64,000 nucleotides of DNA from Octopus vulgaris (GCA_951406725.2 OX597838.1:27156001-27220000); one strand, 5' to 3'. Shown: positions 1 through 12,390, counted from the stretch's first letter. Made by a program: numbers and translations. The notes: generated by a model not told the origin, from the letters alone.

Positions 1-192
1 CTCTGTCTTTCCTTTCTCTTCCTGTGCCATGACTGTTTTACGGGTGGCAGCAATCATGGACTGTCATGCTACAGTCTGAAGGTTCAAGATTATGGTTGGG
101 GAATTAGATGGCAGCGGTTTCCTGTTGCTTTCTGCTGGCTTCTCAACAGTTTACACTCCTAATTTCCTGCTCTCCTGAGCTTACCCATTTAA

Positions 193-413
193 CCCTTTCG
201 TTACCGTATTTATTTAGAGATGCTCTGTTTTTCTTTCAATTATTTTAAATATAACAAAGAATTTAGTAAAATAACTTAGCTATCATTAAGCTAGTGTTAG
301 GAATATAAATTGCAACTAAGGTTTGGTGGTATATTTTGATGCAAAACTTATGAAAACAAGACATTTGTACTACAGAGCCAGAGCCGGTTTTGGCCAGGTT
401 AGTAACGAAAGGG
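193..413. mobile_element. piggyBac-like MITE
   Basis: TIR CCCTTTCGTTAC...GTAACGAAAGGG with TTAA on both sides (189-192, 414-417); related copies at 55698 and 55951 and a fragment at ~838-925. Confidence 0.8.
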
Positions 414-944
414 TTAACCCTTAGACAGAGAGACACACCCACACACCAATGGGATTGTGTAACACATATCTAAGAGCCAGTCCTCATCCAAGTCTTGTAT
501 GTATATCTTAGTCACAGGATCATCTACCATTCGGCCCATAACTTGGGTCCTTCATGTGTGCTACTGTTCTGGATTAGAGTGAAACAGAGGATATTGATGA
601 TGAAGGGGTATCCTAATACTCATCAAAACTCCTGATCTCTTGAGTTGAAGCACACCCTGGAGGCAGTTGAATATCTTACCCAGGAGATGTCTTTCTATCA
701 CTACTATAATGGCCCCTGTTTCTTGGAGCCAGTTGGCCCCATGCTTCCTCTACTCATACACTCCTAACCCATTCGTCTCTCCCTCTCTCATCAGCCTTGT
801 ATTTATTTCTTTACTGTCCACAAGGGGCTAAACATAACTTATTTTACTAAATCCTTTGGTATATTTAAAATTAATTCAAAGAAACGCAAAGCATCTCAAC
901 AGAAATATGGCAGCAAAAGAGTTAAGGGGAGGGAGATAGCTACA

Positions 945-1310
945 CCGACCCCAGTGCTCAATTGGTATTTATTTTATCAACCCTGAAAGAATGAAAAGCA
1001 AAGCTGACCTTGGTGGAATTTGAACTCAGAATGTAAATGCTGCTAAACTTTTGTCTGGCATGCTCTAGCTTGTTACTTAAAATGCCAGCTTAATAATGAT
1101 TTCAAATTTTGGCATAAAGCCATCAAGCTCAGGGAAATGGTTAGGTCAATTACAACAATACCAGTGCTCAACTGGTACTTATTTTATCGACCCCAAAAGA
1201 ATGAAAAGCAAAGTTGACCTCAGTGGAATTTGAACCGAGAACGTAAAGATGGATGAAATGCCGTTAAGTATTTTGCCCGGCATGTTAACGATTCTGCCAG
1301 CTTCCTGCCT
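945..1310 (-). mobile_element. Two decayed copies of tRNA-derived SINE family B
   Basis: Reverse complement of the family body (GAGTTCAAATTCC...GCCTTTCATCC...GTCGATAAAATAAGTACCAG) with many CpG->TpG changes. Confidence 0.7.
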
Positions 1311-1720
1311 TAAACACCAGCTCAATTAATCCTTTCTACTACAGGCACAAGATCTGAAATTCTGGGGGAAGTGGGGGCCAGTCAATTACATCCACTGGTA
1401 CATAATTTATTGACCCCCAAAAAGACAAAAAAGAAAGTTCACCTTAGTGGAATTTAAATCAAAATAATTTTTAAAAAAAACAAAATCAAAAAAGATAATA
1501 TTGAACAATTATTTGTTTTTCCTTTCTTTTGTTTCTGTTGAATATTTTTAGTAATTTTCATGTATTTTATGATTCCATCTTTTCTTTCTCTGTTTGTCTG
1601 TCTGTCTGTCTCTGATTATCTCTCTATTTCTATCTATCTCTCTCTGTGTCAGTCTCTTCTCTATGTATCTTTCTCTTACTCCCTCTTTCTCTTTCTGCTC
1701 CTGCCTGTCTCTGTCTTTGT

Positions 1721-1761
<41 letters not shown>

Positions 1762-2309
1762 TCTTTCTGTCTCACTCTCTATTTCTGTCCTGATTCTCTC
1801 TTTTTCACTCTCTCTGTCACACTTACCCACCTCTCTCTCTGTCACACTTACCCACCTCTCTCTCCTATTCCATCGGATTTAATGCCTTGCAGAATCTAAT
1901 TACATCTCTTTACATTCTATGTTCAAACCACACTAAAATTAAAAATACCTTTAATCCCTTCAGGGTCAATAAAATAAAGTACCAGTCAGCTCCTGTCAAA
2001 CGGTCCTACCTATGCCAGCATGGAAGGCAGACATTAAACGACGATGATGATGCACTTGTCATCATTTTAGCTTTCAAATGATGCCATCCTGCTGGCTAAG
2101 CAAGCAGGCCAACATTCTTTTTGAGTGGAAGGCTAGACGTCACAGTTCACAGGGTGTTACCCCTTTTGCAGCTGAGTGGACTGGAGCAACATAAAATGAA
2201 GTACCTTGCTCAAAAACACAATTTGGTGGCCCAGCATGGCCATAGTTCAATGACTGAAATAACTAAAAGATAAAAGATATGTATGAATGTATAGGTAGAA
2301 TATATATAT

Positions 2310-2708
2310 ATATTCGATCAACATCAAAGGAAATTGCAGCTGTGATACCAGTGCCGGTGGCACGTAAGAGAACCATCCGAATGTGGCCGTTGCCAGCGCC
2401 GTCCCGACTGGCCTCGTGCCGGTGGCACATAAAAAGCACCATCCGTTCGTGGCCATTGCCAGCCTCGCCTGGCCCCCGTGCCGGTGGCACGTAAAAAGCA
2501 CCATCCAATCGTGGCCATTTGCCATGTAAAAAGCACCCACTACACTCACGGAGTGGTTGGCGTTAGGAAGGGCATCCAGCCATAGAAACATTGCCAGATC
2601 AGACTGGGCCTGGTGCAGCCTTCTGGCTTCCCAGACCCCAGTTGAACCGTCCAACCCATGCTAGCATGGAAAGCAGATGCTAAACGATGATGATGATGAT
2701 GATGATGA
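2310..2708 (+). mobile_element. SINE family C with RTE-like (GAT)n tail
   Basis: GGCACGTAAAAAGCAC repeats, GGTTGGCGTTAGGAAGGGCATCCAGC, 3' CCAACCCATGCTAGCATGG...AACGATGATGATG; related copies at ~2873, 4775, 7398, 9030, 15400 and 59077. Confidence 0.75.
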
Positions 2709-3283
2709 TATATATATATATTAATATTTCACAGAAGCAACGGATTGACTTAAGGGCTTAGAGTTCATGTGATAACACTTAGCAAACTTTGATTAGCCAA
2801 TGTTGGCTTAGCTGGCCAAAACTCAAAGTCACTGTCAACAATATTCTTGATTAAGAATAATAAATAATAAATATCATCATCATTGTTTAACGTCCGTTTT
2901 CCCTGCTGGCATGGGTTGGACAGTTTGACTGAGGAGGGGTGGCAAGCCAGGAGGCTGCACTAAGCTCCAATCAGATCTGGTGATGTTTTGTACAGCTGGA
3001 TGCCCTTCCTAGTGCCAACCACTCCGAGAGTGTAGTGGATGCTTTTTACATACATATTTTCGTCCAAGTATTATCTTCCTTTCAACTTCTTCTTCCTTTC
3101 CTTTCTCATAACAGTTACGACAGCAAAAGCTGATTATGTTATTTTCTCTAAACTAGAATGTATACTTTCCATGTTCATATTCGAATTATTTTGCATTTCA
3201 ATATTTTTTTTCTCTGATTTTACTCATTCTCGAATTTAATGGACATATAGCGGTACATAAGCCGATTCAAGAAATCTCTAATG

Positions 3284-3352
3284 AGACTTTTTATTGATGT
3301 ACCTGAAGAGATCCAGAACAGGTCGAAATATGTGTTGTACCCAATAAAGTCT
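3284..3352 (+). ncRNA. Type I hammerhead ribozyme-like motif
   Basis: GTAC-CTGAAGA-GATC(cagaaca)GGTC-GAAA-TATGTG-TT-GTAC; stem I extended by AGACTTT..TTATTG/CAATAAAGTCT. Confidence 0.7.
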
Positions 3353-3394
3353 ATTACACATTCCATCTCCTATTTATTGATACTATACATACAT

Positions 3395-3663
<269 letters not shown>

Positions 3664-3701
3664 AGTATCAATAAATAGGAGATGGAAAGTGTAATAGACT
3701 T

Positions 3702-3735
<34 letters not shown>

Positions 3736-4055
3736 TATATGTATGAATGTATGTATATTTAAATGTGTACATGTCTGTCTATGTGTATGTGCGTACAATT
3801 AATTTTCTTATATGCCATTAGCATGTCACATAATGAGAATTATTGTCACATGCTCCAGTTTTATTGACTGATAAAAAAAAATTGCAGTTGTGTAATTAGA
3901 GAAAATTAGAGGGAATTAGATGTAAAACATGTACACACATTATAGGCGCAGGAGTGGTTGTGTGGTAAGAATTTTACTTCCATGATTCCAAATTCACTCC
4001 TACGTGATTCCAGATTCAGTTCCACGCATGGCACCTTCAGCAAATGTTTTCTACT

Positions 4056-4701
4056 TGTTATAAGCCCAAACTGGAATGTCTAAGTTTAAAAGGTTTTAAT
4101 CGACTAAAAATACAGCAATCTACAACACAAACAAAGATTGTTAAATTGTACGCAAAACTAAACTTCAATGTAATAACAGTTTCATGTAGTGAGTTGCTAC
4201 AGTCACGACTAACTAAAACCTAGCACTGAACGCGATGTGCCGTAAACAGAGCAGAACTCTGCGTAGTTGCACTGCAGGCAAATAACAGCAATCGAGATAA
4301 TCAAAGTCACATGATCAAAACTAAAATAACAACATTTTCCCCCCTAAAAAAATAGAACAATTAACCGACAAAATGCAAAAGTAGCTCTACAATTATGGCT
4401 CACTCTTGATTATATTATCAATCACTCTCTGGAAACAGGGCACCGTATTTGTAAGTCCAAAAGCAATACATTTGCTTTGATACAATTTTCTCTGTGCTTC
4501 GAAAGCCGTGTAAGGTCGATCTTCAACTGGAATCTCAACTTGATAATATGCACTTTTGAGATCCAGGGAGCCAAAATAATTAAATTGAGCTATTTTTGTG
4601 ACCATGTCATGCATATTTGGCAGTGGCTATCCATCTAATTGCGTAAACTTATTTGTAGTCTCACTATAATGAGTCACGTGATCAAAACTAAAATCACAAA
4701 A
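4056..4701 (-). mobile_element. Internally deleted Gypsy-type LTR retrotransposon inserted in a SINE
   Basis: 5-bp TSD CTACT (4051-4055, 4702-4706); LTR 4056-4334 with TGTT...AACA ends; PPT AGGGGGGAAAA at 4335-4345 (minus); ~30-bp remnant of the other LTR at 4671-4701; host SINE resumes after the TSD. Confidence 0.85.
4360..4670 (-). pseudogene. Gypsy reverse transcriptase fragment
   Basis: YSETTNKFTQLDG*PLPNMHDM...FGSLDLKSAYYQVEI...RPYTAFEA...FGLTNTVPCFQRVID are canonical Ty3/Gypsy RT motifs; truncated just before YxDD. Confidence 0.9.
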
Positions 4702-5032
4702 CTACTATAACCTCAGGGCCAACCGAGGCCATGGAGATGGATCTAATACACCGAAACCGAAAGATGCCTCTAGCATTATCGTCATCATCATCATCATTAT
4801 CATCATTTAACAGCTGCTGTCCATACTGGCATGGGTTGGATGGTTTGACCAGGGCTGGCAAGCTGAGGGACTACACCAGACTCCAATCTAATTCGGCATG
4901 GTTTCTACGGCTGGATGCCCTTCCTAATGTCAACCACACCAAAAGGAGTGTAATGGGTGCTCTTATGTGCCACCAGCACAGGTTCCAGTTGCATGACACT
5001 GGTATCTGTCATGATTACAATTTCACTTCGCT

Positions 5033-5077
<45 letters not shown>

Positions 5078-5340
5078 TCTTTTATTCTTTTAAAGCACTG
5101 CCTTTAGTTGAGCAAATTGACCCCAACATCGCTTGACAACCAATACTAGTGTGTTTACATCCTGGTAACTTAGCGGTTCGGCAAAAAAGACCGATAGAAT
5201 AAGTACTAGGCTTAGAAATAATAAGTCTTGAGGTCGATTTGCTCGACTACAGGTGGTGCTCCAGCATGGCTGCAGCCAAATGACTCAAACAAGTATAAGA
5301 GAGTATATATATTTATATGTATATATGTATATATATATAT

Positions 5341-5918
5341 AATAATAAATCTCTGAGCGAGATATAGACAGTAACTGCTCTATAACATAAGGGGGATCAG
5401 CCATCTGAATGTGGCTAGGGACAGGGTGGGGTAGTGGGGGTGTTACTGATGCATTTAGCCCCAGGTGATCATCAACGTCACCAGAAGGGCTGACACCATC
5501 TCGGTGTTCTTGCCAGCCTGCAAAGGGAGATCAGCCTCCCCGAAGATACGGATACTACGTACGGACCGGTTTCGAGGTATTTGCCTCTTATCAACGCATG
5601 GTAAGCACCGTTCTTCGTTGAGGGACTCCCTCTACAGGCTGGATATATATGGATTTTCACAGTAACCACAGTCACTGATGTAGAAAAACCGTTCGACAAC
5701 AATAATAAATCTCTGAGCGAGATATAGACAGTAACTGCTCTATAACATAAGGGGGATCAGCCATCTGAATGTGGCTAGGGAGAGGGCGGGGTAGTGGGGG
5801 TGTTACTGATGCATTTAGCCCCAGGCGATCATCAACGTCACCAGAAGGGCTGACACCATCTCGGTGTCCTTGCCAGCCTGCAAAGGGAGATCAGCCTCCC
5901 CGAAGATACTACCCCGCC

Positions 5919-5921
<3 letters not shown>
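5341..5921 (-). repeat. 360-bp HHR-containing tandem repeat, subfamily 1 (~1.6 units; retrozyme/Penelope-pLTR-like)
   Basis: Unit start AATAATAAATCTCTGAGCG at 5341 and 5701; TA-rich or (TA)n flanks; no ORF. Confidence 0.8.
5557..5603 (-). ncRNA. Type I hammerhead ribozyme, U3-A8 core variant
   Basis: Minus strand: TGCG-TTGATAA-GAGG(caaata)CCTC-GAAA-CCGG-TC-CGTA; palindromic stem III, GUC cleavage triplet. Confidence 0.7.
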
Positions 5922-5966
<45 letters not shown>

Positions 5967-5968
<2 letters not shown>

Positions 5969-7243
5969 CAATAATAATTCTCTAAAAGAGATATAGACAG
6001 TAACTGCTCGATAACATAAGGGACTAAAGCCATCTGAATATGGCTAGGGACAGGGCAGGGTGGTGGGGGTGTTACTGTTGCATTTAGCCCCAGGCGAACA
6101 TCGACGTCACCAGAAAGGCTAGACACCGTCACGGTGTCCTTATCCTGCAAAGGGAGGTAATTCCCCGATGAAGCGGAAACCACACACGGACCATGGTTTC
6201 AAGGTGTATTGCCTATCGTCGGCGTGTGGTAGGCTTCCGCTTCCTCGATGAATTCTCATTCTGCAGGATTTTCACATATAGATTTTCAAGCAAAATACAT
6301 TTGCTGATTTCGAAAATCTGTTCGAAAGCAATAATAATTCTCTAAAAGAGATATAGACAGTAACTGCTCGATAACATAAGGGACTAAAGCCATCTGAATA
6401 TGGCTAGGGACAGGTCTAGCCTTTCTGGTGACGTCGATGTTCGCCTGGGGCTAAATGCAACAGTAACACCCCCACCACCCTGCCCTGTCCCTAGCCATAT
6501 TCAGATGGCTTTAGTCCCTTATGTTATCGAGCAGTTACTGTCTATATCTCTTTTAGAGAATTATTATTGCTTTCGAACAGATTTTCGAAATCAGCAAATG
6601 TATTTTGCTTGAAAATCTATATGTGAAAATCCTGCAGAGTGAGAATTCGTCGAGGAAGCGGAAGCCTACCACACGCCGACGATAGGCAATACACCTTGAA
6701 ACCATGGTCCGTGTGTGGTTTCCGCTTCATCGGGGAATTACCTCCCTTTGCAGGATAAGGACACCGTGACGGTGTCTAGCCTTTCTGGTGACGTCGATGT
6801 TCGCCTGGGGCTAAATGCAACAGTAACACCCCCACCACCCTGCCCTGTCCCTAGCCATATTCAGATGGCTTTAGTCCCTTATGTTATCGAGCAGTTACTG
6901 TCTATATCTCTTTTAGAGAATTATTATTGCTTTCGAACAGATTTTCGAAATCAGCAAATGTATTTTGCTTGAAAATCTATATGTGAAAATCCTGCAGAGT
7001 GAGAATTCGTCGAGGAAGCGGAAGCCTACCACACGCCGACGATAGGCAATACACCTTGAAACCATGGTCCGTGTGTGGTTTCCGCTTCATCGGGGAATTA
7101 CCTCCCTTTGCAGGATAAGGACACCGTGACGGTGTCTAGCCTTTCTGGTGACGTCGATGTTCGCCTGGGGCTAAATGCAACAGTAACACCCCCACCACCC
7201 TGCCCTGTCCCTAGCCATATTCAGATGGCTTTAGTCCCTTATG

Positions 7244-7247
<4 letters not shown>
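5967..7247. repeat. 360-bp HHR-containing repeat, subfamily 2: ~1.25 forward units plus ~2.3 inverted units
   Basis: Period 360 (5967/6327; 6415/6775/7135); strand switch at ~6414; (TA)n on both flanks. Confidence 0.85.
6668..6719 (+). ncRNA. Type I hammerhead ribozyme-like motif (also at 7028-7079 and, on minus, ~6179-6230)
   Basis: ACCACACG-CCGACGA-TAGG(caataca)CCTT-GAAA-CCATGG-TC-CGTGTG; at the apex of a long hairpin 6629-6756; core has C at position 4. Confidence 0.65.
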
Positions 7248-7332
<85 letters not shown>

Positions 7333-7642
7333 ATTTATTATTTATTATTTAATTGAATGCGACACATCCATTTCCAAGTAAGTTTTTATATATATACATC
7401 ATCATCATCATCATCGTTTAACGTCCGTTTTCCATACTAGCAGGGTTGGATGGTTCAACTGGGGCCTGGGAAGCCAGAAGGCTGCACCAGGCCCAGTCTG
7501 ATCTGGCAGTGTTTCTATAGCTGGATGCCCTTCCTAACGCCAACCACTCCGTGAGTGTAGTGGGTGCTTTTTACGTGCCACCGGGACAGGTGGCAGACGA
7601 GGCTGGCAAATGGCCACGATCGGTTGGTGCTTTTTACGTGCC

Positions 7643-7684
<42 letters not shown>

Positions 7685-7771
7685 AAATCGAATAAACGAA
7701 CATTAAAAATAACAATAACAAAAGAGAGGATGTGCACATGGAATGTATTAGTTTCACACTCTGTAAAAAGA

Positions 7772-7810
7772 GTTTTTGATGTTTCGAGCATAGCTCTTCA
7801 TCAGTGAAGG
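7772..7810 (-). ncRNA. Degenerate minimal hammerhead-like motif
   Basis: CTGATGAA-GAGC(tat)GCTC-GAAA-CA-TC; stem I poorly paired; next to (TA)n. Confidence 0.4.
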
Positions 7811-8060
7811 AAAATGTCAAGAGAAGGAAAAGAAAATCACCAACAGCACTTGTGTAGTTACGCATACATATGTGTATGTATATATGGAGAGAGAGAGAGA
7901 GAGAGAGTAAGAAGAAAGGATGGGGTTAGAGAAAGAAGAGAGAGAGAGTGAGGGAAAGAGAGAATGTTCCTAATGACTGTTTATGAACTAATGGTAAGAG
8001 AAGTATATCTACGTGTATGCCTATTGGCAGAGTGTGTCTCTGTGCTTATGTATGTGCAGC

Positions 8061-8096
<36 letters not shown>

Positions 8097-8181
8097 ATAA
8101 GTGTGTAAGTCTACAGTTATGTGTGTATTGTGACTGGTGTATGCGTGCGTAATGTGTGTGTGTATTTATGCTGGTGTATGT

Positions 8182-8219
<38 letters not shown>

Positions 8220-8264
8220 AGGAAGCAAAAGAGAAAAGAGATACATAGAGAGGGAGAGGAAACG

Positions 8265-8655
8265 GGTATGAGGGTGGTGGTGGTGGTGGTATTGGTATTG
8301 GTAAAAGCAGTGGTGGTAACAGTGATGATGATGGTGGCAGTGACAGTGGTAGTAGTTGTGCTGGTGGGGGTAGCAGTAGTGGTGGTGGTGGTGGTGGTTG
8401 TGGTGGTGGTGGTGATAGTGGCACCAGCAGTGGTGGTAATGATGGTGGTGATGGCAGTAATAGTGGTGTTGGTGGTAGTAGTGGTGGTGGTGATAGTGGC
8501 AATGGTCTAGTGATTGTGGTGGTAGTGGTAGTAGTAGTCGTAGTAGTAGTAGTAGTAGTGATGGTGGTGCTGGTGGCAATGTTGTAGTGGTGATGATGGT
8601 GGTGGTGTTGGTGTTGGTGGTGGTGGTGGTAGTGATAGTGATGATGGTGGTGGCA
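8265..8655. repeat. (GGT/GTA)n compound microsatellite
   Basis: Direct inspection; source of the poly-H/T/P/V pseudo-ORFs. Confidence 0.9.
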
Positions 8656-9029
8656 GAAGTATGAGTCTGTGTAGAGTGGGTGGAGGGGTGTGTATGACAT
8701 CACAGAGCCAACCCCACCCTCTGTTGGCAGAGTACAGAATTAAAGAACAAACTAAGTGGAGATAACAATGATTTTTTTTTATATACTTTTGGCAAAAATC
8801 CACAGTTTGTTTTATTTGTTTGTTTTTCTTTTTCTCTTAGATATATTTTGAGGTGAAGAATGAGTCGATTAATCAGTCTTCAACTTTCAAACGTCCTGTT
8901 TTGCCAAATCTAACTTATTTTATAAAACCCTGGAGGAATGAAGGGCAAATCTTGACCTCGGTACAATTTGAACTGAGAACCTCAAAGATTGTAACTAAAT
9001 GCATCATTCTCATTATTGGTGATGGAGTC

Positions 9030-9745
9030 ACATAAAATGCACTGGTGCTGGTGCCATGTAAAAAGCACTGGTGCTGGTGCCATGTAAAAAGTACTGGTGC
9101 TGGTGCCATGTGAAACGCACTGGTGTTGGTGCCACGTTAAAGGCTCTGGTGCTGGTGCCATGTAAAAGGCACTGGTGCTGGTGCCACATAAAAAGTACTG
9201 GTGCCGGTACCACGTAAAAGGCTCTGGTGCTGGTTCCACGTAAAAAAAGCTCTGGTGCTGGTGCCACGTAAAAGGTGCTGGTACCATGTAAAAAGCAATG
9301 GCACTGGTGCCACGTAAAAAGCTCTGGTGCTGGTGTCATGTAAAAAGCTCTGATGCTGGTGCCACGTAAAAAAAGCTCTGGTGCTGGTGCTATGTAAAAG
9401 GTACTGGTGCTGGTATCATGTAAAAAGCACTGTGCTGGTGCCACATAGAAGGCACTGGTGCTGGTGCCACGTAAAAAGCTCTGGTGCTGGTGTCAAGTAA
9501 AAAGCACTAGTGCTGGCATCATGTAAAAAGCACTGTGCTGGTGCCATATAAAAGGTACTGGTGCCATGTAAAAAGCACTGGTGATGGTGCCAAATAAAAA
9601 GCACTGGTGCTGATGACACGTAAAAGGCACCAGTACTTTTTACACCACTAAACACATCATCCTCACTATTGGTGATGGTGCCATGTAAATGGAACTAGTG
9701 CTGGTACCACATGAAAGCACTGTTGCTGGTGCCATGTAAAAAGTA
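9030..9745 (+). repeat. ~21-26 bp minisatellite (GCACTGGTGCTGGTGCCATGTAAAAA) expanded inside a family C SINE
   Basis: About 30 degenerate units, followed by the SINE 3' half (9745-9905). Confidence 0.85.
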
Positions 9746-12390
9746 CCCAGTACACTCTGTAAAATGGTTTGTGTTAGGAAAGGCATCAGGCTATAGAAAT
9801 CATGCCAAAGCAAACAATGGCACCTGATGTGGACCCTGGCCTTGCCAGCTCCTGTCAAACTGTCCAACCCATTGCCAGCATGGAAAATGGATATTAAATG
9901 ATGATCATTACCATCATATCATCATCACAGTGTTCCATGCTAGCATGGGTTGGATGGTTTAGAAGGATCTTGGTAGCCCGAGGGGTGTCTTGGTCTCCAG
10001 CGTCTGTTTTGGCATGGGTTCTACAGCTGGATGTCCTTCTAAATGCTGACCACTTTGCTGAGTGTACTGGTTGTTTTTTTTCTTTTTCATGGCACCAGCA
10101 CTACTGGTGGTGGTGGTGGTAGTGGTGGTGGTAGTAGTGGTGGTGGTGGTGGGAGTCACCAAGTTGCTCGCAAGACATGACCCCTTCACAGAGTTTAAGG
10201 AAGTGGCATGATGACAACAAAAATGATATGAAGGTGGTGATGGTGGTAGTGGTGATGGTGGTAACAATGATGATGCCGACGACGATGACGACAACGACGA
10301 TGTTGGGGAGGGGGAGGAGGAGGATAACCTACCAAGCTGTTAGTCTCTGTGTCTACATCAGTCAATGTGGCTTGCAAGATTTTCTGAATGACATGGCCAT
10401 GGAAAAATTACCTTGAATAAACGTCTTTACAGCCATGACTGTCTCGTCTTATTTACGTCATGGCATATCTAGGACCACATTATCTAATGTGTCTTTCTTT
10501 GTTTAAGCTTGTAGGATGCAATTTTAAGAAGATTCAGCTGCTATTGCTAGCAGCTCAAGCGAGCAAGTCACACCTGGTGGCAGTGGTTATGATGATGACG
10601 ATGACGATGATGATGTAATCGAGGTGGTGGTGACGGTGGTGATGACGATGGTATCGATGGCCTTGGTTGCATTGTTGCCTTGCTAATGTTGATTGTGGTT
10701 GTCATGGCAACTGACAGACAATGGCAATGACAATGATGACAGGCAATGACGACAACAATGACGATGATGCTGCCGGATGCCGACAGCGATGACAATTATG
10801 ACGATAGTGACCACTATGATGATGGTGGAGTGGTGATGAAGTAATGCTGTTTGTGGCAGTGGTGGTGGTGGTGGTGGTGTAGGTGGTGGTAGTGGCAGCA
10901 ATGGTGATGGTGGTGATGGTGGTGTTGGTGGTGATGGTTGTGGTGTTGGTGACGAGGTAATGCTGGCTGTGGCAGTGGTGGTGGTGATGGCAGCAATAGT
11001 GGTGGTGGTGGTGGTGGTGGTGGTGGATGTGACCTGTAGTGTTCCTAAGTGTTGATGGGTGATAAATACTATGAAATAAGATACAGTACAGCGTGATGTT
11101 ATCACATTGCACACACACACACACACACACGCGTGTGCACGCACACGCACGCACACACATGCACACATACACACACACACATTCACCCCACCATACACAC
11201 ACACATACACACATGCATACACACACACACACACACGTACAGGCACATGCACACACTCACACATACAGTTACACATCCAAAAGTGAGCATGGGGTGATGG
11301 CAGTGGTGGCAGTGGTGGTGGTGTTGGCAGTGGCTGAGGCGGCGGCAGCGGCAGTGGTGGCGGTGGAGGTTGTAATAGTGGTATTGATGGTGGTGGTGGT
11401 GGTGGTGGTTTTGGTGGTGGTGTTGGTGGTGATGATGTTGATGACTGATGATAGTGGTGGTGATTATGATGTTGGCTGTGGTGTTGGTTGCGCTGGTGGG
11501 CATAGTAGTAGTAATGGTAGTGGTAGTGGTAGTGGTGGTAGTGATGGTGGTGGTGGTGGTGGTGGTGGTGGTGGTAGAGTTAGTAGAGGCACAGGTGGGA
11601 AGTAATACCAGGCATTACTAAAATACAATCTGATAACAAGAATCTTGTTTCATTCATCATCATCATCATCATCATCACTATTATCATCAACATCATCATT
11701 ATCAACAGTGTCATCACCAACATTATCATCGTTATTTTCCTCAACATTATTATCAACATTATTATCAAGGTGGCGAGTTGGCAGAACCATTAGCACACTG
11801 GGTGAAATGCTTAGCGGCATTGTGTCTGTCTTTACGTTCTGAGTTCAAATTCCACCAAGATCGACTTTGCCCTTTCATCCTTTCGGGGTGGAGGCGGTCG
11901 ATGAAAATAGGTACGAGTTAAGCACTGGGGTTGATGTTAATCGACTTACCCCCTCCGGCAACATTGCTGGCCTTGTGTCAAAATCTGGAACCAAAATTAT
12001 TGTCATTGGCATTATTATCAAAACCATCATTATGAATATTCTCATCAACATTATCATCAGCATCATCATCACCAACAGTATCATCACCAACATTATCATC
12101 AATATTATTGTCATCAATAACACTATCTTCATCAATATTATCATTGTCATAAGGTAGCAAGCTGGCAGAAATGTTAGCACGCTAGGCGAAAAGCTTAGCA
12201 GTATTTCGTCTATCTTTATGTTCTGAGTTCAAATTCCGCCAAGGTCAACTTTGCCTTTCACCTTTACGGGGTCGAAAAATTAAGTACCACATGCGTACTG
12301 GGGTCATAATAAAAGGCTATCATAAAAGACACTTGTATAAGGTGCCATGCAGTAGAACTGAACCCAGCCTTTGTTATTAATTAATTAATA

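Noticed and set aside
5815-7356. Repeated ORF MVSASSGNYLPLQDKD...
   Set aside because: It recurs only because the 360-bp unit repeats; it starts at a non-ATG codon and is not preserved in subfamily 1.
8841-8852. 12-nt micro-exon ATATATTTTGAG after a strong pyrimidine tract
   Set aside because: The donor GTGAAG is weak and phase 1 contains a stop; insufficient support.
9030-9745. CRISPR-like appearance of short regular repeats (also the 193-, 360- and 533-bp arrays)
   Set aside because: No unique spacers and no cas genes; the context is eukaryotic and the units are contiguous tandem repeats.
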